DNA from: Geosiphon pyriformis uo1
Lineage: Eukaryota > Fungi > Glomeromycota
Length of the DNA: 58,459 nt
Assembly (NCBI GenBank): GCA_016748015.1
Contig: JAAOMT010000239.1
Location: 30,359 to 88,817, forward strand
Reading direction: 5' to 3'
The position numbers and the translations under genes are program-made. Each line of letters opens with the position of its first letter. The stretch's first letter is position 1. Positions 27,666 through 42,359 of the stretch are shown in pieces. The notes under the pieces are model-generated. The model was not told the origin of the DNA. It worked only from the letters and a program-made list of their open reading frames with translations, and searched no databases.

Positions 27666-30600
27666 ATTATATGTATAATCTAAAATTATCGATTGTATCT
27701 GGGCTCTTCATTAGTGATAACTAATGTTATCAATTAACCAATAAAAAATAGCAAAAAGTTAAGATTTTATTCTTATGAATTCTAGTCATATATATAGTAA
27801 ATGCTATTTATTAATTACTTTTTCGATATAATGAAGAAACAGTTATTATGTATAGCATAAATCACCAAAAAAATAAAGTTTTCATTTTTTATCATTAATA
27901 AACATAATTATAGTTGTATATATTTCAAGTATTTTATATTTTATTTGTATTTGAATATGAAATATGTTTAATAAAAAATTTGAATTATTTACTAAATTTC
28001 CAATTTTTTAATTACAAGCCTTTGTATTTTAAAATTTTTAATTGATTTTTACAATAATAGGATGGCTAATATATAACATTGATGACTAATACATGTAATT
28101 AAATATAACAAAATAATAAAAATAAAAAGTTTCAACCATAACAATATTTAGTTATATATTTAGACATTGATAATATTTATTTTAATTATCCTGTTTTTAG
28201 AATAAGTTATTAACTTGATTATTAACCAAAACATTAATGTAATTCCTGTCTTAATTATTAATATTTTTTAAGAATATCTAAGCAAAAATTTTTAAAGCCA
28301 TAAGAAAATATCTATACTTAGATTTATACTCAAATCAATACAATAATATTAAGTCTTTTATTTCTTTTTCACTATTTTTTTCTGATTTGTATATTGTTAG
28401 TTTTAATAAAGTATAATTTACTAAAAATACAAATAATACTTGTTATTAAATTATGAAAGCATTAATGTAAAGCATATAATTATAATAACCTGTTATTTTT
28501 TGTTAATAATATAAACTATTTTTTATTCTTTAAATTCTTTTGTTATCTTTTGAAAAAAATAATAGCTGAAATATTTATGAAACTGATCTTATATACAAAT
28601 TCAATTTACTTAATAAGTTTAATTTCCTTTTTATTATTTGTCATATAATATTGCTATTTGTTAATATATTACTTTCACTTATAACATAAAAATAGTGCTC
28701 TTTATAAGATTGTTAAATTCTTAATTCTTTTATTATTATATAATTAATTACTTTTTTAGCATAAAAAATTCAAAATAATTTGTTTGTTTACAATTGAAAT
28801 GATTTAATTTACATCAAACTTAATTTTTTTATTTTATTTACTTTAACTAACAGTTTCAAAACTTTTAAAATTGGGTTATAATTAATTATTTAGCAAAAAC
28901 TTAAAAGTTTTAAATTGTTAGAAAATATTTCCAAGAATTTTCTGCTGTATAGTTTGTTCAAAAACAACTGCTGATATAACTTAATAAATTGTTAAATAAG
29001 CTTTTAAAAATATAAATCAAATTAGTATATTTTCACAACTTAATTCAAAAAATAATTTAAAATATTTATCTTAATATTATAATAATAAATAAAACTTAAA
29101 TAATAAATTCAACAACCAAAAAAAGTAGTCATTAAATAAAAAAAAACAATTTGAAAATTAATAAAACATACAGACTTTAAAAAAATTAAACTAAAAAACA
29201 GAAAATTCACTTTTTACAAAAAAACTAAGAACAAATTCTTTTTGTGTTTTATAGCTTTAAAAAAGAATATGATTTTAGATATAAGAGTTAAATTAGTCTA
29301 ATAAATTAAAATAATCAACAAATGTATTTTAAATATATTTTTTCTTCAATAGTTCCTTTGGTTTAATTAAAACAGTATAAAAATTATTTTAAAAAAAATA
29401 TCTGACATTAAATATCTTATGATTGAAAAAAAAGCCCATCGAAAAAAAACATTAAAAACTTTTTAACATATAAATTATAAAGTTATTTTAAAATAAAAAG
29501 AATATTTTAAAAAACAAACTTAATTTAACATGTAATTAAGACCAAATATATTAAATTAATTTATATAAAGGCTTGTACAAAAAACTAAAAATAAATAAGC
29601 ATTTTCAATTATAGTAATATTCAAAAAAGAAAAAAATTTATAATCTTGTTTTAATTTCTGTAATTTAAATATCAATGCTAATTAAAATCTTTATTTTTTT
29701 CTCAATATTAAAAACATAATAAACAAATTTAAAAGAGCAAAATTTTTTTTATCATTAATTTACCTGTTGAATTTTGACAAATAAAAATAGATTTTGCTAA
29801 TAGAAACAAAATAGCTTTTATTATAAAGTACAAAACTTCAAAGTTTACAATAATGTCTTAAGAATAACAAATGTTTTATCTTTTTTTTACTAATTGATAA
29901 ATAAAATATTAAATCAATTTACAAAAAGTTTGTTTTAGTATATTTAAACAATATTATTGCATACTTAAAAAGTTAAAATTAATATTTTGAATATCTTTAA
30001 CAAATTTTCAACTTTTTTAAAATATAAATTTTAAAAAAATTCAATAAAATATTTTTTCAAACAACAATTTACCTGTTTTCTAAGACAGCTTATTTCAAAA
30101 TAAAATTTTCTAATTTAGCTAAGATATAAATAAACTTCAATTTTTTTTGAAACTAATATCTTATTATTATCGAAAATTCAATTAAAATTTCACCAAAATT
30201 GCTCATTTTATAAAAATTATTATACAAAAACAGCTTAACAAAAAAAGTTAAATACACAAATAAATTAACTGCTAAATTTTTTAATTAACTAAATACAATT
30301 AAAACACAAAGACTCTATTTTAATTAGCAATTTAATAATAAAAAGCTCTAACAGAATAAACTTAATATAATTTTAAATTATTAGCTTAACTGTTTAAAAA
30401 AATCAATAATTTCAATATTAACTTTAATTTAATTAATAATAACAATTATAATATAATCAAAGATCTCAAAATTAAGTCTTTTAGTATGCTATTAATAGAA
30501 AATAACTGGTTATATGTTACATAATTGCAATTTTTCTTTTAAATTTTAAAAACAATAATAATTTAATTTTTAAAGAAATTTTTTTAGTTAAAACAACTAA

Positions 30601-32205
30601 ATATTAGTCTTTAAACTAATAAGCACATTTTTCAAGAATAAAAATACAAGCCAAAAGAACAAATTTTTTATTTTAACTAATAATAACAAGTTATTTAATC
30701 AAACTAAATTAAAAAAACAAAAAATTAACTATTAATTTTGATATTAATACAACAGTTTTAATATTTAATAGCAAGAATAAAACATTGAAAGCAAAAATAT
30801 TCAAAAATTTACTAAATTTAAAGTTTCTAAAAATATTTAAAATTTGGCAGCAAAAAACATTTTTATTTAAAATTAAAGTTAAAAAAAATCTGATTTAAAA
30901 AACAACAAACAATAAATTTAAAAGCTTTAGTAATAATAATAATATGTTTTTGGAGAAGTTTTTTGTATTAAGTAATAAATACAATATAGCAGGTATTAGT
31001 TAAATAATAAAAACTAATATTAAGAAAATCAGCTTTAACTTGGGTAGTAACAGAAAAATTTCAAATAGTTCAAAGAAATTAATATTAAAACCAGTTTTTT
31101 TGTTAAAAAAGCCACTTAAACAAAATTAAAAATATAAATATGAATTTTTTTAATCTTTTTTATCTTTGTTAAAGCCTTTTTTTTAAAAAAAATCAAGTTT
31201 GCTGTTCTAATTTTCTTGAATTTGTAAGCTATAAAAAAGAAAAATTCTTAAGAAAAATTACAGAGCATTAAAAAATTGTTTTTATCAATAATTAGTTTTA
31301 AGAAAGCCTTTAATTTTTAAAATATCTTAAATTTTATATTTATAAATAAAAAAGTAACTTTTGAACTTGAATAATATTATGATATAAAAAAACTAAAGCT
31401 TATTTTTTTACTTTTTTATGCCTACAATTAAATAATTTTAAAGATTAAACAATTTCAACTTTTAATAAAAGCTGTTTTAACACAATTAAAATATAATTTA
31501 GATTGTATTTTGATAAAAATTTTTGGACTTATTAATAAAATTGTGATAAATTATTTAAAGAGACACTAATTACTTTTCCATATTTTTTAATTTTTTAATA
31601 TTATACGATTTTTTAAAGCCAAACAATTTCTCAAAATTATCAATGTTTATGAACTGACGAAATTACTAACTTTTTAAAGCAAGAAATTAACATGTTAGTA
31701 TTATTTACTTGGTTAAGCTATATTCTTAATATTTTTTAAGAAATATTGTATACTTTTAATTCTCTTATTGCAAATCCGTTTACTATTATACTATTTAAAA
31801 GTAATGGGTGGTTTTTACTTTGAAAAAGTTTCATTTTTTAAGCAATAATAAAAGCATTGAGTTTCTATTTTTGAGTCTGTGAAAAATTTATAATGTGTTT
31901 AATAAGTGAATTCATTTTTATAAATATTTAAAATATTAAGTGATTCTGTCATGTGGTTATTATTATGAAAATAAATGTTCAAAAAATGCTAAATTAAATA
32001 ATTTTTACATCTATTTTTTATGGATATTTAAGTCAACATAAATGATGATAAGTACAATTATCATTAACCGCCAACTTTATGTTCAGAGTTGGCTATAAAT
32101 AGGAAGATTTTATTAGTAGATTATGTACAATCATTGTTAGCTCTTTTATATCAAAAATATTTGTTTTACAAGGATATTTACAAAATTCGTAATATTTTTG
32201 AGTAA

Positions 32206-32430
32206 ATGGCTCTATTATATATTATTGTCATCCTTATCTCTCTCTGCCTTTACAAAACGATATTATTAAAAGCGAAAATTAATGGCTTGAAGGGATTGCC
32301 TGAAGCACCAGCCGGATTCCTATTCTTGGTAAGTTTCCGATATTTTTCAATTTAACAATATTAACAAACCCTATATTATTTGAAAAATAAATTTCAAATT
32401 CATTTATTATTATAGGACATGAGCAAAACA
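32206..32430 (+). pseudogene. P450 exon 1 relic (copy D)
   Basis: MALLYIIVILISLCLYKTILLKAKINGLKGLPEAP, then a 1-nt deletion relative to copies B/C. The first intron is retained and homology is lost after that. Confidence 0.8.
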
Positions 32431-32814
32431 TCAAAAGTATTATTCACAAATTACCCCATCGAAATTAAGTCGGCTCAAAATACGAAGTCGATTTTACAAA
32501 CGACTTGTAAAACGTGAACTTTTACTCAATAAATTATTTTATATGGCTTTATACGCTCAAGAAGCATACTGTTTACATGATAACTTAGGCAGAATTGTTG
32601 ATGGAATTTATGGTACCTTCCTTTTCTGTTGAATCAATCAAATTCAATTCAATTCAATTTAAATATTTTTTTATCTGAACTTTCATTTAAATAAAATTTA
32701 TTAGAAACGCGGGTTAAAAGTCAAATAATTAATTATAGACTAAACTTTAAATTTTTGGTTAAAGCTAGTAACGCTTAATTTTTCGCAATATAAATCTAAT
32801 ATTTATTAATTAGA

Positions 32815-32880
32815 CAAATGAGAGTCGATGATTATGAATGGATTCCATGGGAGCATTTAAAGAATATTAAAAAGTTGCAA
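32815..32880 (+). pseudogene. Short kinase N-terminal fragment
   Basis: DYEWIPWEHLKNIKKL resembles YEWIPWIRLWDIKKI of the 19901 kinase. Confidence 0.5.
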
Positions 32881-34948
32881 AGAAATATGACAGCCTACTT
32901 GCTCGGCCTTGGGTAACAGATGTTGACGAAAGTGATAATGAGCCTAGCAAAATATTTTCTGAAAGGGTTTTCCATAATTTTTTTTATCACGATGACGGCT
33001 AGATCAAACTCGTGAGTGAAAAACATGATCTTCTTTCTATGGATTTAACTCTGCATACCCACAATGGTTTTTTCTATGTGCGAAACTACTTTGCCGAGTC
33101 CTGAAGGATTTTCTTGGAAAATTTTAGCTTTTTTTCAAATTTATCATCGGAAATTAGTCAGCTAATTGCTATTTTCAGTTAGTTGTTTACAATTATAAAT
33201 ACAAGTAATTTATAATGTATTTTACAATTTACATTTATTCCTACTTTTTAGTCATAATCATTATATTTTTTAATTATTCATAATTACTTTTAATTATATG
33301 ATTCTTATCACCTTTTTTATTTGTGATTACATTATGATTTATCAATTATTTTATATTCAAATTGCTTTTTTTAGCAAAATTCTTAAATTTATAAATGAAA
33401 AATTGAAAAAAAAACAGAATTAAGACAAAACAAAAAATAAATTTAATTAGAAAATAGATATTTCCTAATGAAAAAAAAAATATATAATAATAATTTGAGT
33501 TGAAAAATAAAATTATTGCAATTAAAAACATAAATAGCTTTGATAAAAGAATAAATCATAATATTTAAAATGAGTATTAATTTGTTTTTATTTTTTTTAT
33601 TGTAAATATAGATTGATAAATTTAACGTAAAAATAAAAATCATAAAATCATAAATAAGTAGTAATTGGGGATAATTAGATTCAAGAGTTTTTCTAACATT
33701 AAAGAAGTCTTGATTATAATAAAGGCTGTCTTAAATATAAAGAGAATAAATTCTCTAATATCACCGATTATAGATCACTAACTTTTCCTATTTAAATGTT
33801 TAAAAGTAAAGTAGTAATGCTTTCGTCTTATACTAATTAGCTCAGATTAAATTTCGAGTCTATTCCTGATAATGTAATATCGTGATCTTGAAAATGATTT
33901 CTTTCAAATGCAAGAAAGATCTTCCAATCAAGATTCATTGATTAAATATGACCTACTTTACAATTTTTCTTAATGCTTTATACGCTTTTGTAAGCTGGTA
34001 AAAAATATTTTCTGATTTTTCAATTTTATAGCTTAATTTGATAATTTTAATATTTTTAACACTATTTTAATTGCAGTTGGTTTATTAATATATTGTAATT
34101 TTGATAAATTATCAAATATATCCATAAGTATAAATATATTCGATTTGAAAATTTGAAAAAATATCTGTTTTATTTTATTCAAGTCAAAATAAGGCGTTGA
34201 TAGGCAACAAAAAGCAAAAATTTGAATAATGAATTAAATTAAATTACAATAGGAAAAGGAAATTAATTGTATAAATTAATAAAATTTTTTAGTAATATAT
34301 AAAAATAATACAATACAATTTTATGCTTTATTTATTATTCTTAATTTTTAAAAACGGATGTTTTTTATTAAAAATGTTTCCTTTGAAAATTAATTCAGAA
34401 AAAAACAACATAAAAATAAATAAATTAATGAAAAATTATTTTACAAATCTAAAAATATTTGCTTAATAAAAAAGATTAAAAACTAAATTAATACACAGCT
34501 AAATAATTAAAAATGTGATATATTATTTAAAAAATATTATTAAACATAATTCATTTATTTCTTAATAGAAAATTTAATCATTAAATTAAAACCACTACTT
34601 GAAAAGTATTGACGTAAATCACAATTATTTATCAAATTATTAAATAACTGAAAAAAAATAAGAGAAATTATTTCTATAATTTCAACAATTTTATTTAAGA
34701 CTTTAATAATTTGAATATTAATTAATAATTATCATTTTTAATATTATGTTAAAATTTTTTATTATCATAAAACTTAAAGAAAATATCTCAATAAAATAAA
34801 AATAGTATAATGCTAAATTGTCACATAATTACAATTTAAATTATATAAACACATTTATTTTATTAACATCATGTTTATTTGTTATATTTCCAAATTTATT
34901 TTTGAGGTAGACTTTGGAATGACTATTTTATAATACAAATATTATATA

Positions 34949-35076
34949 CAGTCAGACCTCTATAAAAGAACACAGTTGGGACATGCAAATTATGTTCCAT
35001 TTTAGAGGTGTTCTATTATAGAGTTTTATAATTATTATCAAATAAACTATATTTATTTATTAAATCAATCAATATT
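34949..35076. mobile_element. pogo/Tigger-type terminal inverted repeat and element end
   Basis: TA|CAGTCAGACCTCTATAAAAGAAC matches the TIR at 54444 in inverted orientation (21 of 23 nt). It abuts the truncated kinase at ~35077. Confidence 0.8.
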
Positions 35077-36382
35077 ATTATTCAGAATATTATGAAAACT
35101 ACGGACCAATCGATTGGCCTCGACGAATTGAAATTGCGACAGATATTGTTCGTGGCTTGACTTTCCTCCATGAAGTTTCCATTTTGCATCATGACATTCG
35201 AAGCCAAAATATTCTAATAAATAGATATCATGCAGCTAAAATCGCCAATTTTACTCTAAGGTATCGTATGAGATTACATTTATTATTAAAAAAATGCTAT
35301 TGGAAAAGCTAAATATTTTTTATTCGTGTAATCTTTATTCACCAGTCGTAATTATACTGATATAACCTCAGCAATGGCACCAACCTTGGAAACTGTTCGA
35401 TATTTGGCCCCTGAAAAATTATCAGATCATCGTAAAAATCCATACACAACTAAATGTGAAATTTTCAGGTATATATATATTAAAAGTTTGTTTAGATTTA
35501 AAAGCAAAATTAACGTTTTAGCTTAATTCTTTTTTTAGTTTTGGCATATTGCTCTGGGAGATTGCCGAAGAACAGATTCCATACAATGAAAAAACAGATA
35601 TAGTAGAGATTCGTGAGACAGTCCTTAATTCTAAATCACTTCCATTCAGCCTTAATGTTCCCCTAGATTGGCAAAAAATATCTTTGGAAGGTGAATAAAA
35701 AAGTTCTGTATTTTCATAAAATATCCTTTCTTTGGCTCTAATACATTGCATGCATTCTTGGATTGTAAATAGCTACGAGGCATGACCCAAATTTGCGACC
35801 CTCGCTTACAGAGCTATTCACGATACTGATGATGATGATGACCTTGTGATTGATTTGGACATTACGGAGCTCTCTACTGTTTTGTCTGTCGAAGATGCAA
35901 TACAAGAATATAAGAAGAAAGATGGTGACAAAATTATTGCATTTAACGCCTTCCAAAAACATGCTAGTTTTGGAGATTTATATGCTAAATACTGGGTGGA
36001 ATATTATCTCTACTATAATATTAACGGGAATCCATCACAAAATAAAAAGGCTCAAATGGAGAAAGCTGCGGAATATTTCAAAGAAGCTGCGGATAAAGGC
36101 CAAATTCCTGAAGCTCAGCTTCGCTATGGTCATTGTTTGTGGGCCGGTGATGGAGTACAAAGGAGCATTGAAAGTGCCATCAACTATTTCCAATTGGCCG
36201 CTCATAACAACAACATCACCGCCATGTATAATATTGGCAATATATATTATAAAGGATTTGGTATCCCTAAAGATGAAAAAAAGGGAAAACGATATTTAAT
36301 TTTGGCTGCTTTGAAAGGCCAACCAAAAGCGCTGGATATGTGTCGCAAGGAGAATATCCTATTGACCGAAAATTTGGATTAA
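35077..36382 (+). pseudogene. 5'-truncated pseudokinase-Sel1 repeat gene (paralogue of 42360-44661)
   Basis: Starts mid-kinase (EYYENYGPIDW) with HHDIRSQN, KIANFT and RYLAPEK. A frame-breaking deletion lies at ~35823 relative to the paralogue. The Sel1 C-terminus (AQLRYGHCLWAG, AMYNIGNIYYKG) is open to TAA 36382. Confidence 0.88.
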
Positions 36383-39300
36383 AAGATTTTAAAAATCTAA
36401 AATTTTGGATAAATATTTTTTTTTTTGGAACAAATAAAACTTGAAACCGCAATAGCAAAATATATTTATTGCAACCTGACTTAATTTCTTGGTTAAAATT
36501 TGATTAAAAATTATGATTAGATCAAGAAATTCTTTTAAAACCCAAAAAGATTGCATTCAAAAAAGTGATAGTTGAATGGAAAATACATGGTTTTATTTGA
36601 TTAACTGTTTTAATCAATTTATTTTCGGGAAACTAAGAGGTTAGAACTTATTTATTGATTTTCTCTAAAGTGTGGTTGAAACAATTGGAATATTCAACTG
36701 AGTTTGCTAATCATTGGTTTTTGTATGATGATAAAATAAAGAAAAAAGCTAATAAATGTATCATAGTTTGAAGCGAAAATATTTTATTGAACAGGAACGT
36801 CAATATTTCCTTAATCTCTAAATGAGTTCTTTTCTTGGTATTTTATTATGAACATTGTAGTGTTGAATGATTAATAATTTTCTTCCCAAGCAACTTGTTG
36901 AGTCGAGAATGCCATGCAATTCAAAATAAAAATTGGGTTGAAAATTTTGGTATTCTAGGTTATTATCAAACTCCAGAGATCTAAGGTTTTGATCTGAAAA
37001 CTGGCTTGATTTTTTCAGCCAATTTTTAAGAGCAATTCTAAAAATGAAAAAGAATTCATGTTCCCAAATTTTATGGTTAAATATTCTTTATTGACAATTA
37101 TTACATTCTAAGTCAACGAAAAAGGCCAAAAAGTTTAAAAACACTGGCTTTTGATACTCCATGAAATAAATTTCAATGAGGCTGAGAAAGCAGTTAGGCC
37201 ATAATAATTAAAAATTTTCACAAAATTGGCTATAAAGAATTACAATATCGCAATAACACTTTCCAAATCCCTAATTCTAGAATACAAAAATACCAAAAAA
37301 ATAGACCTAACCTAAAGTAAATAGCTACATTATTATCACTTCCAAATTTTAATGCTCTTTCGTGTCCCTTTTCAACACATCTTTATATGAAATGTTTGAA
37401 CACTATAAATTTTAAAAAAATCTTCCAAAAGTCCTTTAATAGGTTTATTTTGTTCTGAATTAGTTACAAAAAGAGGTCAGAATATGAGATCAAAAATTCA
37501 TGTACATTTATTGGATTGGAATTGAATTTCCTATCATAAATATACATTGTTTATTTATAAAGAGTAATATGAAAAAAGCTAAAGATCCAGATCCATAAGG
37601 TAAAATTGAAGAATTATTAAATTATCCCCTTTTTTAAAGAATTTAAAAATATTCGCATTTTTTCTTGAGAAAAACCTACTTATTTTTAAATCAGAAACCA
37701 TCTTATAATTTTAAAAACAACCAAAGCGAAAATAATCTATTTAAGGATTGCTGAAACCTATTTATTCGTTATAAAAGTAATGAAAGAATTTTTATTCTTT
37801 TCGAGAACACCGTTAATGTTATTTGACAAAAACAAAATTAATAAAATTCTTTTTCAAATGCTTTGAAATATTAAGTTGTACTCATAGCTGGAAAAGTTTT
37901 TATATTTAAGTAAAATAGATGGCTAATCATATATAAAAAGTAAGCAAATCATACTTATTTGAAGCTTTAAGATTTCTCCAATATGAATTAAAGATTATAA
38001 TGCCTGTATACATGGATATTGCGTTAGAAATTATTCATACTGTAAAATATGATAAATTTTCGTTGGGCCCAATTATTCCTAATTAATTAAGTATTATTTA
38101 TTTTTACATAAAAAATAACATAAAATACTTTAAAAATTATTGATTTAGTTTTCTAAATATAATAATATAATTAGGATAAATAATTTTAAACTGAATTTTA
38201 GTAATTTGAATTTGAAGTATTTTCTAATTGATTTTTTTAATGATTCAAAAAATACAGTCTTTAATATAAAAACTAAAAAATAATATGATAAAAATAAAAG
38301 TTATAATTATCCTATAAAATTAAAAATATATAATATTATAGAAATTTATTGTATGAAAGTTTAGTCAACTTAAAATCAACAAAATCTCCAGCTTGAACAA
38401 TTTTGAATTTAAATCTTAAAACTAAAATTTGATTGGTTTTATATTTTATATTTTTATTAAAAAAAATTATATTTCAATATCTAATTTGCTTTATTTCTAA
38501 AAATTTCCAAAGCTTATATACTGCACTTATTCTCTAATTGCCTATTCTCGTATGACGTAGTAAATGGAATTTTTAATATGAGCAATTTCAAAAGAATCAC
38601 AATGTATCACTTTTTTTGTATTGGATCATATAATAGTTATTTTTAGTGGCTATTATCCGAAAATCCATGAAATCAACTCAAACTGTTGGGTCAGTTTTAA
38701 TTCAATTTTGGGTTTCGGTTTGGGTTTGCGGAATACTCTTTTCACTTGTTAGAAAAAAAATTTCTATTTTGCAAATTTTATAACTTAATTAGTCATAAAT
38801 TAACATATTATATTTACGATAAATCTGTTTTATTTTTAAGAAAAAAGTATTGTTTTTTCTTAAATGAAAAATGTAATTTTTATACAAAAAATATCAGAAT
38901 ATTTTTATTAATTTCTTAATTCGGAAAATTTTCTACAAATTTAATGAGTAATATTTTAAAATTAAACTCGCTCCTAATTTTAAATGAGTTTTTGTGTTGC
39001 CATCTTTTTATGAGTACTATAATATTGAATAATCTATTTTCTAAGAAACTTGATAAATTAAAATAAATATTAAATCAGAAATTTTATTGAGAAATTTATT
39101 ATTTGAATCTAAGAGTAAATCTTATTTTATAAGAAATTACCTTTTTTATTGCTTAAATATTTATGCTCGAGCTTTTTCTTAAAAATGAAAATATTAAAAT
39201 TAGATCCTGGACAGTCAAATTTTGCTGATCAAAGACTACAACAAACGTTGATCCAAGTCACTCACAAAATACATGTTAAAATTTTAAATGAGGTAAATAA

Positions 39301-39394
39301 ATTATTTATTTGCACATTTTTTATTTTTTCTGATTCGCATTCAATATTTTCTCATATCCTATTTTTTTCTGAAAACAAAATGGAGAAAAATAAA

Positions 39395-39640
39395 AAAATG
39401 ACTACCTATGCTGGAAATAAATTACATATTTTTTCTTGGTCTCCTTAAAGTCCAAATCTCAATCCTATTGACTAATACTCCTAAAAAAAAGAATTTACCA
39501 ACTAATCTTCAAGAACTTGATAAATACATTTTGAACGCATAGAAAGCAATTCTTAGATCAACAATTATAAAGTTAATTAATAATATATTTCAACAAATTC
39601 AAACAGTAATTACAGCACAGGAAGACATCAACTTTCAAAT
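39395..39640 (+). mobile_element. Tc1-like transposase C-terminal relic
   Basis: WSP*SPNLNPID matches the Tc1 WPxxSPDLNPIE motif. It is followed by PTNLQEL...KLINNIFQQIQTVITAQ. Confidence 0.7.
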
Positions 39641-40782
39641 AACAAAATTTTAATGTGTTTAAATATTGTTTATGAAATTATATAGTTAATTCTGCACAAT
39701 TAATAAGATTTTTAACAAGCTTTTAGAAACATGCGTTAATAACATAACCAATAACTGAGATCAAATCTTGAAAGCAAATTATAAACTATAGTCAAAAATT
39801 TTTAATAATAAAGTTATGTAATTTTATTATAAGTTGTAAAATTAATTGTTTTGTTGAGAGTCAAAAACTGTATTTTTTTTGGTAAATCAGTTAAAAATGA
39901 TTAAAGTAGAATTTTAATCATTGGATTTGGTAATCTTCAATACAATTTATGAAAAGTGATTGCTATTATTAATTGAGTACTGAAAATGGTTTTAATAGTT
40001 AATAAGATTAATGTTTTATTGCTTTTATTTTTATACAAACATTATAAGATTGAACATAAATTTAACAAGTTTACTAAGTTTACTAAGTTGACCACCAAAA
40101 TATTTACTAATTAGTTCAAGAATTTTATTAATTTCAAATTATTTAGGAACTAAAAAATTATACCAGGCTTATATTGATAATTCTAGTAGAAACATATATT
40201 AATTTATCTTCAAATGAGTTCTTGGTATGTACATTTCTCATTTATTTTCTTTCCAAAAGTTATAAACAAAATAAAATACTATATCTAATTAATAATTCAA
40301 ATCTCAGGTACATTAAGACAATTACTTTTTTAAACAAGATTTTCTCGCTTTTTCATTTTTAATTATAAATTTTAATAAAAACATTAATAGTTGTATTTTA
40401 TTTTTCGTTAATTATTTTCTTGCAATATGAATTGATAATTTTTTAACCATTAGAGAAATGGTATTGAAATAAAAAATATCGTAATGATCAATCCATTTGA
40501 ATCTCGGAATTATCACTCATTCAATTATCCCTAAATATTATTATGTTATTAAACCCTTTATTTTTTATTTGGCTCTTTCCCAAATCTTCTATGTCGTAGG
40601 CGTTCATATTAGTTTATTTTGAGGTTTGATAGGTGTGATAAAGGGAAAAAAAAAGTTTTTTTTCTTTGCAAGCCACAACAATTTTCTTTCGTTTTCAGAT
40701 AAGGAAAGTTGTTTGAATGCAAACTTATTTTGTGTTGTAATTATTTGAGCAGCGAGACATTTTTCCGAAATCTAGAATTTCC

Positions 40783-42040
40783 ATGGCATCAAATCAAGAA
40801 ACTTACTTAAAACAGCCAATTAAAACTTCGTTTTTTGAAGGGTGAAGATAGATTCGCTAATTGTGAAAGATAAAATATTATTTGCTAGAATTATAGATTT
40901 AAAAGTGGTTCTAAATATTATTAAGTTTTCTTTCAAATAAAATTTTGTCTTTTTTTGCTATCTGCTAAATATATTTCTTAAATTTGTATCTTTTTGACAG
41001 ATAATCTATCAAAATAAATTTACGGGGAGGGAGAACTTCTCTTTAAGGAGAAAAATGAGCTAGTTAGATAGGGTTCATAATGTTTTATTTTTTTCACTTG
41101 TTTAAAAGGGCAGCTGCCGTACAATTCTCACTTGCATCAATTACTCAAATTAACAAATTTCCCAAACCAATCACTCATACTTTTCAAAAAAAAGACTCAA
41201 TGGCAAAATGGCCAACAAGTTTTTTCTATTTCAATTATTGATTTTATGATAGTAGAATCTATACCTCAACAAACAGTGCCAAGTGAGACTGGGTCTCAAC
41301 AAATAGTAGTAGACACAATTGAGAATGGGAATATGAAAATAGGTTCAGCTGTGAAGGTTTCTACAACGTCCCTAACTGTAACTCTTGTCAAAGACAATTA
41401 TACACGTCACCCACAATTGCCAATTTCAAAACTTGCGATTACGACGGAACACAAATAATCAAACAGGACTTTAATGAAATACAATTAGATAATTTTTGTG
41501 GACAGAGATGTGATGAAGGTGGCGTTAGAAATTTGGTCACGCTATTCAACATGGCTGTGATTATGAACTTACAAAAGCGATAGAATATCTGCAAAATAAG
41601 AATTGTGCTCCAGAGAGAAAAAATGAGTTGACCCCTGATATAGAACTTGGTTTTGAAGCGGGTGAAGTTGTTCGAAACGCATATTTGGCTTTGAGGACTA
41701 GAAAAAGTTACTATTTCAAAGATCCAAATCTTGGTATGTTATGAATCTTTTTTAGATTGATTTCTTCTTTAATTAATTAGATGATTTGATTAAACATAAA
41801 AATTCTTCAATCCTTCAATTCTTTGATAAATGACTATTGCTCGCTTGATATTTATGCCCAAGCAAAGGACTATGTTCATACTATCACAACTGGTAAAACT
41901 GTTGAAAGTACACCAAAGTGAAACCATCAGATTCTAGACATTTCGATAACTAGCGTCAAAGACATATAAGAGATTCACTAAGGATTATACACAAGTTGCC
42001 CACATTTAAAACATTTAAGTTCCTCTGAAAGCTTGTCAAA
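40783..42040 (+). pseudogene. Decayed spliced gene of unknown family
   Basis: ATG 40783 (MASNQETYLKQPIKTSFFEG|gtgaag), then exon-like, GC-richer blocks bounded by GT/AG and interrupted by stops. No recognisable motif. Confidence 0.4.
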
Positions 42041-42359
42041 GATTAAAAATTAAAAATTCCGCTTGGAACCATTTAAAACCTCAATTTTAAATTATGAAAA
42101 TGGAACGGTCTAGCATTTAAATCGGAAAATTACTTTGATAACTTAAGTTATTTATTTAAATGTTCTTAATAAAGATTTTAACCTCTAATTTTTTAAGACT
42201 AGGCTTTGAAAAATTCTTAACTGGATAGAGATCATCTTAAAATCAAACCATAAACGATTCCAAAATGTAAAAAGGCTAACAATAGATCTCATTGTCATTG
42301 CTATTTTCATTTAAATAAAATAAACTTTAATTGATGATTGTTGTTAAAATTAGTTTTAA

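Noticed and set aside
36500-38060. Possible decayed coding sequence
   Set aside because: It has many stops and no recognisable family.
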